Shown here in pieces: positions 40,297 to 50,735 of a DNA stretch of 64,000 nt. The translations under genes were made by a program, and so were the position numbers. The DNA is taken from NCBI GenBank assembly GCA_039189765.1, contig JBCCYL010000026.1, forward strand, positions 11,579 through 75,578, written 5' to 3'. The notes under the pieces are model-generated. The model had not been told where the DNA came from and ran no database searches. It was given only the letters and a program-made list of their open reading frames with translations. The stretch's first letter is position 1, and each line of letters starts with the position of its first letter. Source of the DNA: Cyanobacteria bacterium P01_F01_bin.150 (GTDB lineage Bacteria; Cyanobacteriota; Cyanobacteriia; CAKZMO01).

Positions 40297-40569
40297 TCAC
40301 TGAAACGTTTGCTTATGGGTTGACTGTAAAGCATGGTAAGCCTCTTGGTGCCCCATCCGTCTTAACGTTCGTAATCGCTGCTCCACGAGAGAACGAGCAT
40401 CGGTTCTGCCAACGGGAGAAAAAAGCAAACGCCCACCCTGTTGCTGTTGAACAATAAAGAAGAGACGTTGGGCGTAGAGTGTAGCAAAGAGTTCGGAGCG
40501 TTCTTCTAGTAAGCAGACTCTATACAATAAACCAAAGTTTGGATGGTTGAGATATATTTCGCTACTCAT
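40297..40569 (-). CDS. pipX: PII-interacting protein PipX
   Basis: E.YLNHP.FGLLYRVC...LFATLYAQRLFF; directly upstream of pipY. Confidence 0.95.
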   Translation of the reverse strand: MSSEIYLNHPNFGLLYRVCLLEERSELFATLYAQRLFFIVQQQQGGRLLFSPVGRTDARSLVEQRLRTLRRMGHQEAYHALQSTHKQTFQ

Positions 40570-40768
40570 GTATGTGGAAGGATAAGAAGATGGGGTGTTT
40601 CGGGTCTTTTAAAATAACAAGCCATGATGCTTGGGTATCACATGAAGCCAGGTAATGATTGACAGACTAACCACATATAGAACTATTTGGGAGTGCTTTT
40701 ACAAATGTAAGGCAATCGCTATGGCTGTAGTTAAAGATACCCTGTTGCAGATCAATAATACAGGAGAT

Positions 40769-42388
40769 TTAGAATTTCGCTTCAGACACGAAATTATTGG
40801 CAAGAGTCAGGGCGTTGAGTTGGGCTTTAGACTTATTAAGGGATTCAATCCATTCATGGGTGGGCTGGCTATCGGCAACAATTCCTGCACCCACTTGGCC
40901 CCAGATAAGCCGAGGCGAACAGGGTGAAGTAGGGTTAGGCTGAGATTCACACAGCAAGGTGCGAATCAAAATATTCAGGTCTAACATCCCCCTTTGATCC
41001 AAATAGCCACAGGATCCATAAAAAAGGCTACGACGAACGGGTTCCAATTCTTCAATAATTTCCATACAGCGCACCTTAGGGCATCCGGTAATCGTACCGC
41101 CAGGAAAGAGCGATCGCACCACATCAACAACCGTTTGGCCGGGAGCGAGAGTGCCGACAACATTACTGACTAAATGCATCACATGACTATAGCTTTCGAT
41201 GGTCAGCAGTTCGTCCACTTGAACGCTGCCCCATTGGCAAACGCGTCCTAAGTCATTACGCTCCAGATCCACCAACATAATGTGTTCAGCATTTTCTTTA
41301 CGATTATCTGTTAGTTCCTGCTCATAGGCTAAGTCTTGCTCAAGTGTACTACCTCGTGGACGGGTTCCTGCTATTGGGCGAGTTTCGACAATGCGATCGC
41401 GGACCTTAACTAACCGCTCGGGGGAACAGCTAACCACATCGCCCCAGGGGGTATGCCAATAGCTAGAAAAAGGAGAGGGATTAACCTGCTGTAGGGATCG
41501 ATAAATGAGCCAACTAGGAGCCGCCGTTGTCGTCGAAAATCTTAGGGATAAATTAGTCTGAAAGATATCACCGGCCTGAATGTAGGCTTTGGCTTTCCGG
41601 ACGGCTTCTTCGTAGTCCTGTTGGTTGGAAAGGAAGTTGAGGGTAGTCGAGGTGGGGAGTTGGGGAGGTGGGGAGGTGGGGAGTTGGGGGGGGAGGATGC
41701 TGGTGAGGTGATGGCTGAGGGTGTCGAGGTCGGAGGGGTTGGTGGCTGCTAGCCAGAGAGTTTGATCGAGGTGATCGAGAATGACAAACGTTTCGGGTTC
41801 ATACCAGAAGGAAACAGGAAACGGGAGGGGATCGGCGTTTTGTTCTGGTAGAGTTTCAATTTCCCAGGCGACATCATAGCCTAACCAACCTAGCCAGCCT
41901 CCGTGAAAGGGAAGATGGGGAGGTGGGGAGGTGGGGAGCAAGGAGGCAGGGGAGCGGGGGAGCGGGGGAGCGGGGGAGCGGGCAAGCAGAATTTGGAGGG
42001 TGGAGAGGTGGGTGCCTGGTTTTGGAGTCCAGTGTTGGGATTGATTATTGAGGATGCGGGGTGCTCCGGCGCAGATTGAGTAGCGGGGTGTTGGGCGTTG
42101 GGCGTTGGGGCGTTGGGCGTTGGGGCGTTGGGCGTTGGGGCGTTGGAGAAGGGAGGCATTGGAGTCAGGGGATGAGGGACTTTCGAGGAGGGTAGCGATC
42201 GCGCTTTTCGGCATGCTTGTCTCAGGCTCAATGTATAGCGCCTGAAAGATTTCAGCTCCAGTGCGATGGTTGAGGGGGAGCGATCGCCAATGCCAAGGCT
42301 GTAGTGGACAGTCCGCAGAAGGGCTGTCTCCACTTCCTGGAGGTAGCCGTGAATCATGGGTCTCAGAATTCAATACGTTTTGCTCCAT
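40769..42388 (-). CDS. pabB: Aminodeoxychorismate synthase/anthranilate synthase component I family protein with repeat-derived inserts
   Basis: SCSPERL, PIAGTRPRG, AEHIMLVDLERNDLG, FPGGTITGCPK and GAGIVADS; start at MEQNV (ORF extends to 42463). Confidence 0.85.
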   Translation of the reverse strand: MEQNVLNSETHDSRLPPGSGDSPSADCPLQPWHWRSLPLNHRTGAEIFQALYIEPETSMPKSAIATLLESPSSPDSNASLLQRPNAQRPNAQRPNAQRPTPRYSICAGAPRILNNQSQHWTPKPGTHLSTLQILLARSPAPPLPRSPASLLPTSPPPHLPFHGGWLGWLGYDVAWEIETLPEQNADPLPFPVSFWYEPETFVILDHLDQTLWLAATNPSDLDTLSHHLTSILPPQLPTSPPPQLPTSTTLNFLSNQQDYEEAVRKAKAYIQAGDIFQTNLSLRFSTTTAAPSWLIYRSLQQVNPSPFSSYWHTPWGDVVSCSPERLVKVRDRIVETRPIAGTRPRGSTLEQDLAYEQELTDNRKENAEHIMLVDLERNDLGRVCQWGSVQVDELLTIESYSHVMHLVSNVVGTLAPGQTVVDVVRSLFPGGTITGCPKVRCMEIIEELEPVRRSLFYGSCGYLDQRGMLDLNILIRTLLCESQPNPTSPCSPRLIWGQVGAGIVADSQPTHEWIESLNKSKAQLNALTLANNFVSEAKF

Positions 42389-42580
42389 GATCTTTGATTC
42401 TCTCCCCAAACTACTGAATACTGAAATCCTTATTGGATGCTGAAATTCGCCTTTGATGCCCACTATCGCCTCAATACAAGATCACAAAGCCTCAAATTTT
42501 CACCCGTAAGGTAAGCGATCGTAAATCTTGGCAGAGTAGAGTAAACAATGCCACCCCATTGGGAATTAGAGGCTACTCCC

Positions 42581-42637
42581 CAACTCTAAAACGCCTTAAC
42601 TCTAAAACGCCTCAACTCTAAAACGCCTCAACTCTAA
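42581..42637. repeat. 16-bp tandem repeat, about 3.5 copies
   Basis: (C/T)AACTCTAAAACGCCT repeated. Confidence 0.9.
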
Positions 42638-42668
42638 GGCGATTTTGCGAAAGCAATCTACCAACGGC

Positions 42669-42699
42669 GATGGGTTACACTGTCGCTAACCCATCCTAC
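42669..42699 (-). repeat. GTAG-type REP hairpin
   Basis: Minus strand GTAGGATGGGTTAGCGACAGTGTAACCCATC; same architecture as 4967-4998. Confidence 0.7.
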
Positions 42700-42745
42700 A
42701 AGCTGCTCCCTTGCCCCCTTGCTCCTCGGCTCCCCTGCCCAAACC

Positions 42746-43714
42746 CTATCCCCACAAAAAACGAGCAGTCACAAACATGATCAGGCCCAGAATCACCAGC
42801 AAATCTCCTTTTCCAAGCTTAAACTGATGCCACTGTACATAATGGGTATCAGGACTAGTAAAGCCTCTGACCTGCATCGCACTGGCGATTTGTTCAGCAC
42901 GCATCAGTAAATTTTGCAGTAGCCGCTCCGCTACGGTCAGCCAAATCTGGAGAGTGCCTCGAACGCCCAGTTTTTTCCAGTTAATCGCACGAGTACTCAC
43001 TGCCCGAATTAGGTTTTGGACTTCTTCTAAAACCAAGGGAATAAACCGCAGAGACAAGGTGAGGGTCAAAACAATCTCAGTGATGGGTATTCCCATTTTC
43101 CGCAAGGGCGAAAGCCAGAAATTCATCCCAGCTGTAATTTCTTCCGGAGCCGTGGTTAACAAATATAAGTTGCTGCTGTATAGCAATGTAAACGTTAAGG
43201 TGGACAGTCGAACCGCCAGATCTAGGGAACGGCGAGTAATCCGAAAAATTCCTTTGTCAAACAAGACATATCGATAATTTGTAGGCTGGGGCAGCGTGGG
43301 GAAAAAGCCCTGTTGATCTGAAGGAGACCCTTGGGATTGATTTGGTGCGTCGTTTGTGAGAGGGCTATCAGTTGCGGAAGGGGTGGGCAGCGATCCCCAC
43401 TCTTGTGGCGGTAGTCGGGGTTGATGGGAGGCATTAATCCCGTCAGGCAAAAAGACAGTGACCCCAAATAGCAGCAGTGAAAAGGCTAATAGGAGGCCAA
43501 TTTGCCGCTTCCAAATGCGAATTGGAATGCGAGCGCTAATCGTTAGAATCAGCAGAAAAACAACAATACCTAAACGCCATTGGGGATTGGCTGCAATGGG
43601 TGTCAGCAAAAATCCGAGTAGCCAAACAAACTTGATCCGGGAATCCAGCCGATGGAGCCAGGTTAGAGGTTGTTCAATGTAGAGACCAATGGGAAGCGAT
43701 CGCAGTAAATCCAT
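42746..43714 (-). CDS. ecfT: ECF transporter transmembrane T component (CbiQ/EcfT)
   Basis: WLHRLDSRIK, TTAPEEI, LSLRFIPLVLEE and AMQVRGF. Confidence 0.92.
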   Translation of the reverse strand: MDLLRSLPIGLYIEQPLTWLHRLDSRIKFVWLLGFLLTPIAANPQWRLGIVVFLLILTISARIPIRIWKRQIGLLLAFSLLLFGVTVFLPDGINASHQPRLPPQEWGSLPTPSATDSPLTNDAPNQSQGSPSDQQGFFPTLPQPTNYRYVLFDKGIFRITRRSLDLAVRLSTLTFTLLYSSNLYLLTTAPEEITAGMNFWLSPLRKMGIPITEIVLTLTLSLRFIPLVLEEVQNLIRAVSTRAINWKKLGVRGTLQIWLTVAERLLQNLLMRAEQIASAMQVRGFTSPDTHYVQWHQFKLGKGDLLVILGLIMFVTARFLWG

Positions 43715-43730
43715 GTAGCGTCTTCACTCC

Positions 43731-45098
43731 CTACACTTTAGTCGCTCGATTCTTGCTGGCCCGTTCAATATCTCGCATTTTCTTACCGCGCCAGAGCAGG
43801 CGAATCGGAGTTCCAGCAAAGCCAAGCTGATCGCGAAATTGACGTTCAATGTAGCGACGATAGCTGTCTCCAAAAAGCTTGGGATCGTTGACGAACAAGG
43901 CAACGGTGGGGGGTTGGCTAGACACTTGGGTACCGTAGTAGATGCGGCCTTGGCGACCTTGGCGGGTGGTGGGAGGGCTGTGCCAGCCAGTGGCTTCTTC
44001 CAAGACTTCGTTGATCACCGATGTGGTCACTCTGCGCTTGTGCCCAGCAGCGGCGGCATTAACTTGGTCTAAAATCTTGGGTACGCGTTGTCCGGTTAAC
44101 GCGCTGACATAAATGCTTTCGGCCCAGTCTAGGAAGTATAGACGCGATCGCAGCTCCTTATCGTAATCGTAAATAGTCGCTGAGTCTTTCTCAATTAGAT
44201 CCCACTTATTGACAACAATCACGCAGGCTCGCCCCTCATCTTCAATCCGACCCGCCAGCTTTTGATCCTGGTCCGTGACACCATCCACCGCATCGACCAC
44301 CAAAAGCACCACATCAGCCCGTCGAATGGCCTTAAAGCTACGGTTAATGCTGAAAAATTCAGGACCATATCGGACATTTTTCTTTCGCCGTATCCCCGCT
44401 GTATCGACAAGCCGATAACGCTGATCGTCTCGTTCGACAATCATGTCGATGGAGTCACGGGTTGTACCAGAGATCGGGCTAACAATCGCCCGTTTTTCTC
44501 CCACAAAGGTATTGAGCATACTAGATTTGCCCACGTTTGGACGACCTACGATGGCCACGCGGATTTCATTTAATTCTTCCAACTGATCTGTTGGTGGCAA
44601 GTGGGTAATCAGTTCGTCAAGCAACTCCCCAGTTCCATTGCCATGAATGCTGGAAATCGGGAACGGTTCCCCCAGCCCCAGCCCCCAGAATTGAGCGGCT
44701 TGAATTAATCCTTGTTCGGGGGATTCGCACTTATTGACTGCCAGTACGACAGGCACAGACTGCTGGCGTAAAAGATGGGCGATAGTCTCATCCGCCGCCG
44801 TCGGCCCTTCTTGGCCATCTACCACCAATATAGCTGCACTAGCCTCTGAGAGCGCCAGCATTGCTTGCTCTCGAATCATCGGCAAAAACTCGGTATCATC
44901 ATCAAACACTAGCCCACCAGTATCCACCACTCGAAAATCGCGATTGAGCCAAAACGCTTCTTTGTAAGTGCGATCGCGCGTAACGCCTGGTTCATCATGC
45001 ACAATGGCATCCCGAGCCCCCGCCATTCGATTAACAAACGTGGATTTGCCCACATTGGGCCGACCAATAATAGCAACGATGGGAAGTGCGAGTGACAT
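43731..45098 (-). CDS. der: Ribosome biogenesis GTPase Der (EngA)
   Basis: Two GRPNVGKS G1 boxes, DTGG/DTAG, NKCE/NKWD and a KH-like C-terminus. Confidence 0.98.
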   Translation of the reverse strand: MSLALPIVAIIGRPNVGKSTFVNRMAGARDAIVHDEPGVTRDRTYKEAFWLNRDFRVVDTGGLVFDDDTEFLPMIREQAMLALSEASAAILVVDGQEGPTAADETIAHLLRQQSVPVVLAVNKCESPEQGLIQAAQFWGLGLGEPFPISSIHGNGTGELLDELITHLPPTDQLEELNEIRVAIVGRPNVGKSSMLNTFVGEKRAIVSPISGTTRDSIDMIVERDDQRYRLVDTAGIRRKKNVRYGPEFFSINRSFKAIRRADVVLLVVDAVDGVTDQDQKLAGRIEDEGRACVIVVNKWDLIEKDSATIYDYDKELRSRLYFLDWAESIYVSALTGQRVPKILDQVNAAAAGHKRRVTTSVINEVLEEATGWHSPPTTRQGRQGRIYYGTQVSSQPPTVALFVNDPKLFGDSYRRYIERQFRDQLGFAGTPIRLLWRGKKMRDIERASKNRATKV

Positions 45099-45412
45099 AG
45101 AAAAAGTGGTATGAGTGATTGCCTAGTTTGATAGATACTAATTAGAGCAGAGGTGTCCCCAGATGAAGCTTTAGTTAGGTTATGGCCACATATCGATTTT
45201 GAACCAATCGAACCCACTGAAGTAACAGATAGATCCAAAATGCCCAGTTGTCTATCTTAGCGCTCTCTGAAGATTTCAACGCAACAAAGATCAAAACCCC
45301 CCATTGAAACTCAACACGTCAGGGAGCCTATTTTGTCCTACGAAACCTCAGAACAGCTTGTACTCAAGGATATTCACAAACGTTTTGCGCCTAAATTATG
45401 GGCATTTTTACG

Positions 45413-45796
45413 TCACCGTTGTTCTACGGTAGAAGGTACGTCCGTAAGACCAAAATGTTGCATAAGCATAGCAATGCCAAAGAGGGAGATGCCTCCAATG
45501 ATCACGCCTATCACAATAAGAACAATATAAACTTTGAGAGCTGATCGACGGGCCTTATCAAATCGTTCACCTTGATCTTCAAACACTGGAATTAACTCTG
45601 GTGGCTCTTGGGACTGCCTAGTCAAGCTTGAACGATTGCCTGCCTCTAAACCATCTCCCCCCTTCCCGTATCCATACGAAGAGCCTGTTTTGGAAAACCC
45701 ATTGCGATTTAGACCGTTGGTTGATTTGCCATTGCCATTTTGTGGAAGTGACTGATCATCTGGGGAAAAAGGGTCCATAGGCCTCCATACGTTCAA
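45413..45796 (-). CDS. Small single-pass membrane hypothetical protein
   Basis: Disordered N-terminus, one TM (VYIVLIVIGVIIGG) and FGLTD.P. Confidence 0.6.
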   Translation of the reverse strand: MNVWRPMDPFSPDDQSLPQNGNGKSTNGLNRNGFSKTGSSYGYGKGGDGLEAGNRSSLTRQSQEPPELIPVFEDQGERFDKARRSALKVYIVLIVIGVIIGGISLFGIAMLMQHFGLTDVPSTVEQR

Positions 45797-46284
45797 CGTA
45801 ATAATTTAGCTAAGGCAACATTCAGTGCCAAATACTTTTACTGTTCTAATGGATCTCTGCCACTCTTTTACTAAAAATGCAATAAGAACTGTTTCTTGCG
45901 GCTCCTTCTTGCAGCTCCTTCAGATATCTATACATTGTATGAGAAAGAAACTCAATATGGGAAAAATAAAGGCTTACTTGCCCATTTTTAGGCCAAAATA
46001 TGCATATTGCTTCCCGAAATAAACAATCATTGAGGGGTATAATTTTTCCTTGCGTTTATTGATACCTTAAGATGTGCTACTTTTGGGCAAAATAGCATCA
46101 ACATATTAGATGCGACTAAGGGGCTAGCCCTATACTCTTTCCTCCTGCACCGCTTGACAAAAGTGGATAACCTTAGAGATACAAGCCATCTTTGACTGAA
46201 GAGAGGCAGAAATAGCCTTAGTTATCGTTTGATAAAAGCGTAGGTATTGCGCGTCAACTGAACCCGAAACCAGAGATTAAAGAC

Positions 46285-47274
46285 ATGGAAGTTGTCGAAT
46301 TAAAGTTTTTGCTGGCTCTACTAGGTCATCCCCCTGATTATCACACTGCTTTATCAGAATTACGTCCCACGGAAAGTCGCTCTGATCGGAATCGAGCCTG
46401 TCGCCAGTTGCGCGATCGCAACTTAATTGGCTGTTCTGAGGAAATCATGCAGTTCAAAACCTCCCCATCGGGTAAAGCCCTATTGACGCTATCTGAACAA
46501 TCTTCAGTGCTCGGTGATTCTGAGTCTTCAAGCACCGGTAAAGCGAAAACGTCGGCCAAGGGCAAAGCGAAGGCAAAGACAAAGGGAACAAAGACGAAAG
46601 GAAAAGCAATTAAAGGGACATCAAAGACGAAGGCAAAGGCCAGTAGTGAGGTCTTACCGATCACCAAAGACGAGATTAAGCTTCTGAAGGCGGGATTAAA
46701 AGGTCTCATTACCCCCGGAAAAGCAATGAAAGGGACGCCACCCCAAAAACGTCAGGAGTTATTGCAGGAGCTAGATACGCGAGGTCTGATCCAGGCAGAA
46801 ACCCAGATCAAGAATGTGTGGCTAACCCCCCAAGGACGGGAATTTCTGATTAGCGATTGTCACCCCGACGGCAACCATACGGTGAGCTTTAACTTTTTGA
46901 GAAACTGTATGGATTTTTTCCGGGGGGAATTAAAGCGATCGCCTGCACCGAATGGCAAAACGACGGCTGCAATCCCTAATGATTTGTGCTGGGATAAATC
47001 GCAAAAGCCAGGTGCTGAGGATGTTTTAGATCTAATTCAAGCATTAGATCAGGCATTAGAGACTCACAATTATCTGCCACTGTTTCACCTCCGCTATGCC
47101 GTGCAGCCTCCCCTTGTTGCCGATGAATTGGATCAGATCCTGTATCAGCTTCAACGAGAGGACAAAATTGAGTTAAGCTCTCTGCAAGACGCGATCGCCT
47201 ACACTGCTGACCAGCTCAGTTCAGGTATTCCCCAGGATATTGGTGGTCCTTTATTTTTTGTTTCCCTATGCTGA
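46285..47274 (+). CDS. rcaD: RcaD-like DNA-binding protein
   Basis: ELKFLL.LLG N-terminus and NYLPLFHLR..VQPPL...ELDQ.LY.LQR.DKIELSSLQ...GIPQDIGGPLFF C-terminus resemble cyanobacterial RcaD; followed by an ATPase. Confidence 0.7.
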   Translation: MEVVELKFLLALLGHPPDYHTALSELRPTESRSDRNRACRQLRDRNLIGCSEEIMQFKTSPSGKALLTLSEQSSVLGDSESSSTGKAKTSAKGKAKAKTKGTKTKGKAIKGTSKTKAKASSEVLPITKDEIKLLKAGLKGLITPGKAMKGTPPQKRQELLQELDTRGLIQAETQIKNVWLTPQGREFLISDCHPDGNHTVSFNFLRNCMDFFRGELKRSPAPNGKTTAAIPNDLCWDKSQKPGAEDVLDLIQALDQALETHNYLPLFHLRYAVQPPLVADELDQILYQLQREDKIELSSLQDAIAYTADQLSSGIPQDIGGPLFFVSLC

Positions 47275-47323
47275 AGTCCTCTCTCCGCCGTTGTCCTTGC
47301 CCTGCTCTCCCTGCTTGTGACCT

Positions 47324-49489
47324 ATGAACTCTATTGACCAACTTGTTTGCCAAGCAATTAATCCCTTTGACCCGGCAACCTTCAAGCCGGGTAACTTTTG
47401 GTATGAGCAGCCTGATTTAGAATTGGAAGTCGATTCTATTCATCAAGACGCGGTCGATCAGGCCAGTGAAATGGTGACCCAGGTTGTGGCAGACCACCAA
47501 ACCCGTACGTTGCTATTAATGGGAGACTCTGGCTCCGGTAAGTCTTACTTGTTGGGACGGATAAAACGGCAGCTAAACGACCAGGCATCTTTTGTCTATA
47601 TTGATCCATTTCCAGACAGTCAGGCCATTTGGCGACACATCTTACGGTACACCGTTGATGGATTAATTCAAGCACCCATCGTAAGTGGGGAAGCCGCTTC
47701 AACTAAAGCTAAATCCAAATCTAAATCGAGGAAAAAACCGCAGTCCCAGCTGCTCCGCTGGTTGAAGCAGCTAGCAGTGCTTGACTCAAAAGATGTGGGT
47801 AAATGGGGCAAAATTAAGCGTCAGCGAGTCATTCAAAAGCTGAAGGATGCCTATCCCACTGGCATTTACAACCCCAGTGAATTTTTTGGAGCACTGTATG
47901 ATCTCCTAGATCCCAGTCGCTATACCACCGCCTGTGAGTGGCTGCGGGGGGATGACATAGATCAAGAAAGTCTCGAAACGTTGCAGGTGAAGGAGGCGAT
48001 CGTCACCGAAGATGCAGCTCAAAAAATCCTTGCCAACTTTGGTCGCATTGCCGCCGATACCCAGCCGATTATTTTGTGCTTTGACCAGCTCGACAACATT
48101 GCTCGCAATGCGGAAGGACAGATAGATTTACAATCTCTATTTGGCGTTAACTCTACTATTCACAATCAAGGGCTAAAGAATTTTCTGGTCATTATCAGCA
48201 TCATTACCAGCACGTGGCGGCAGCAATCCCAGCTCATACAGACGGCTGATCGCGCTCGCATTGACCAAACCGTCTCCCTACGTCGGATTTCCCTTGACCA
48301 GGCAGAAGCCCTGTGGGCCTATCGTCTTGCCCCGCTCCATGCGGAAGCGGATCCGGCACCAGAATCGGCGATCGCACCCTTTAGCCGCAGGGCTTTAGAC
48401 CGTAAATTTCCCGGCGGAAAAACCCATCCCCGCAATGTATTGGAGCTAGGCCGTCGCCAGTTCCAAGCCGTAAAAACAGGGGTAGCTGATAAGCTTGGTT
48501 TGGATGGAACGGGTGTCCCTTCTGAGGCCAAGACACCTTCGACAGGGACTCAATCCTCAGGACCGATGCTGGCACAGAGCAAAGAGGATCGAGTGGCGGC
48601 CTTTCGGCTACTATGGCGGAAAGAATTGGCCCAAACCCAAGAGAGAATTACCCGCCTGCGTCAGCTTGCAGCTCCTGATCTAATTCTGATGCTACAGGAA
48701 ATGCTGGAGGTCATCAAGATTGAGGATGTGCGATCGCGCCTTATCCCCAGCCAGACCTACACAAGCCATTCCCTCAGCTATAAGGCTCGCCCCACCGATA
48801 ATCTCCCCTCCCACGCTCGGATTGGGGTAGTGTGGAACGATGATCCCAATATGACAACCTTTTACCATGTGATGAATGCCTGTTGGCGAGTCACATCCAT
48901 TGGCCTTTGCCATACCCTGTACCTGATTCGTTCATCCCATACTGGAAAACGAGGCCGCAAGAGTAATGCCTTGTTTAATGAGATTTTTGATGGCAAGCCC
49001 CATCAACGCATTCGCGTCGATCTGCTATCGGTCCAGTATTTGGCAACCTACCATCGCTTGGTCAATGCAGCCCATGGCCAGGAACTGATGGTGGCAGGGG
49101 CCATCATTGGCCTGGAGGGGCTAGAGTCATTGATGCGGAAAGCCCGAATTCCTCGCAACTGTCGATTACTACAGGATTTAGGCTTAGTGTGGGGACGTGA
49201 GCGACGTTCACACAGCGCTTCGGAGGACGCATCCAGTCAAGAGGATGAGCCAAATCCTGTACGCCTTAGTAAGGAATTGGAACCCATCAAAGAGTTTCTC
49301 CTGGATTTGATTAAAACTCACCGGATTTTAGGCGTTTCCACCCTAATTGATACAGCAGCAATGGAGTTTCCCCAAGTGCCGCCGGACCAGTGGCAGAAGT
49401 TGGTGACTGATTTGTGTAAAGGGAAACAGGTTAAGCTACTGGACCCAAAGGCAAAATTGGATGCTCAACTTATTGCCTTTTCTGACTAG
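47324..49489 (+). CDS. P-loop ATPase (RcaG-like partner of RcaD)
   Basis: Walker A GDSGSGKS, Walker B IILCFDQLD; 49 bp downstream of the rcaD-like gene. Confidence 0.85.
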   Translation: MNSIDQLVCQAINPFDPATFKPGNFWYEQPDLELEVDSIHQDAVDQASEMVTQVVADHQTRTLLLMGDSGSGKSYLLGRIKRQLNDQASFVYIDPFPDSQAIWRHILRYTVDGLIQAPIVSGEAASTKAKSKSKSRKKPQSQLLRWLKQLAVLDSKDVGKWGKIKRQRVIQKLKDAYPTGIYNPSEFFGALYDLLDPSRYTTACEWLRGDDIDQESLETLQVKEAIVTEDAAQKILANFGRIAADTQPIILCFDQLDNIARNAEGQIDLQSLFGVNSTIHNQGLKNFLVIISIITSTWRQQSQLIQTADRARIDQTVSLRRISLDQAEALWAYRLAPLHAEADPAPESAIAPFSRRALDRKFPGGKTHPRNVLELGRRQFQAVKTGVADKLGLDGTGVPSEAKTPSTGTQSSGPMLAQSKEDRVAAFRLLWRKELAQTQERITRLRQLAAPDLILMLQEMLEVIKIEDVRSRLIPSQTYTSHSLSYKARPTDNLPSHARIGVVWNDDPNMTTFYHVMNACWRVTSIGLCHTLYLIRSSHTGKRGRKSNALFNEIFDGKPHQRIRVDLLSVQYLATYHRLVNAAHGQELMVAGAIIGLEGLESLMRKARIPRNCRLLQDLGLVWGRERRSHSASEDASSQEDEPNPVRLSKELEPIKEFLLDLIKTHRILGVSTLIDTAAMEFPQVPPDQWQKLVTDLCKGKQVKLLDPKAKLDAQLIAFSD

Positions 49490-49611
49490 CCATGAAAAAA
49501 CTCCAGGATACTGGCCAGACAGGAAATCTAAGTTCCCATGTGGCCTAAATCCTAGAGTGCTCATCACGTTCATCTATGGAGTTAAATTAAATTAGTTGTT
49601 GGGGTTCATTG

Positions 49612-50183
49612 TTATTGAACCACTGGTGACTGCACGATAAAGTTGCTGCTTGTCAAAGTATCTGCATCGACCCCCTTCAACACTGCCAGCGTTTTAGGAC
49701 GGGTATCACCGTCTAAACCATCGACGTCGATACCGATCTTAGTGCCACGCTTTGATTGCCCTAGAACGATGTCACCAGAGCTTCGAAAATAGCGCCTTCA
49801 CTGCCTGCCGTATCGGTAAGGTTAGCAAAGTCGTCAAGCACATACCCCACTTGCTGAAGCAACGCAGCCACAAGCTGATCGGGCAGAGCATCTGCTAAAA
49901 ATTCCTCCGCTAAATAAACGGTGTTGGCTTCCGCCACATAAACGGCAGTTCCTCCATCTAAGACCTCAGCTGCTACTAATTCCAATGGAATGAGCGCGGT
50001 TAAACCTTCAAGGCCTAGGGTACTGATTATTTTCTGTACAGTTTCTAGGTTTAGCTGGTCACCAAAAACATCAGCTAACAGCACTGTGGCGTCTGTTTGT
50101 GAGAAAAATGTGCTAAGAATTGTTGCTGCCTGTACCAGAGCATTATCGAGTTTTGTGGCAAGATCGGGCGTTGCAGTAGGCAT
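49612..50183 (-). pseudogene. Internally deleted T1SS-secreted/RTX gene (N-terminus joined out of frame to the C-terminal secretion domain)
   Basis: ORF 50183-49761 has an N-terminal segment typical of large secreted proteins. A second frame from about 49775 to TAA at 49612 reads DIVLGQSKRGTKIGIDVDG...LAVLKGVDADTLTSSNFIV, like the C-terminus of 32240..33310. Confidence 0.75.
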
Positions 50184-50735
50184 AGGTTAAACCTCTTAAA
50201 GATGTTGTCATGTGTGAGTAGAGTGCGCTTGCTCTCTGTAGTTAATATGACATCTTCAATAGAGGATGAGTATCTATAAAACCTGATATATAGTTGATAA
50301 TCTAAACTTAATAAGTGAAATTACATAACTATTTCATATGTACATTCTTGTATTTAACATCACACTAATAGCAACTCTATCCAAATCATGTAAGCACTGC
50401 ATGCCCGCATTACTCGTCAAGGTTGTTTCGCCTTGAAACGCAACGCCATCGAACTGATTAGCCATCAATTTCCATCCTGTCCGGGACAATTCAGCTAAAT
50501 TACATTGAGAGTTGAAAATAACGGTAACCATTTAATGCTCTGGAGGCTAGAATGAGCGAGAAATCTTGCTCTAGAGAGGAACCTCGACCTTAATCTAGCG
50601 ATCATGCGACCAGAATAACAATTAGCGTAGGGTTTGAAGATTCCCCATCATTGCGAGATCGGGCACTGGAGGAAGACATGCTATGTCCAATATGTTTTCA
50701 ATCCAAGAGCACTGAGTCGTTATTGATTTTCTATT

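Noticed and set aside
41890..42357. 155-aa Pro-rich ORF overlapping pabB
   Set aside because: An alternative-frame product of the G-rich repeats within pabB.
50598..50690. Peptide FEDSPSLRDRALEE resembling a DUF29 fragment
   Set aside because: The match is too short and has no supporting flanking similarity.
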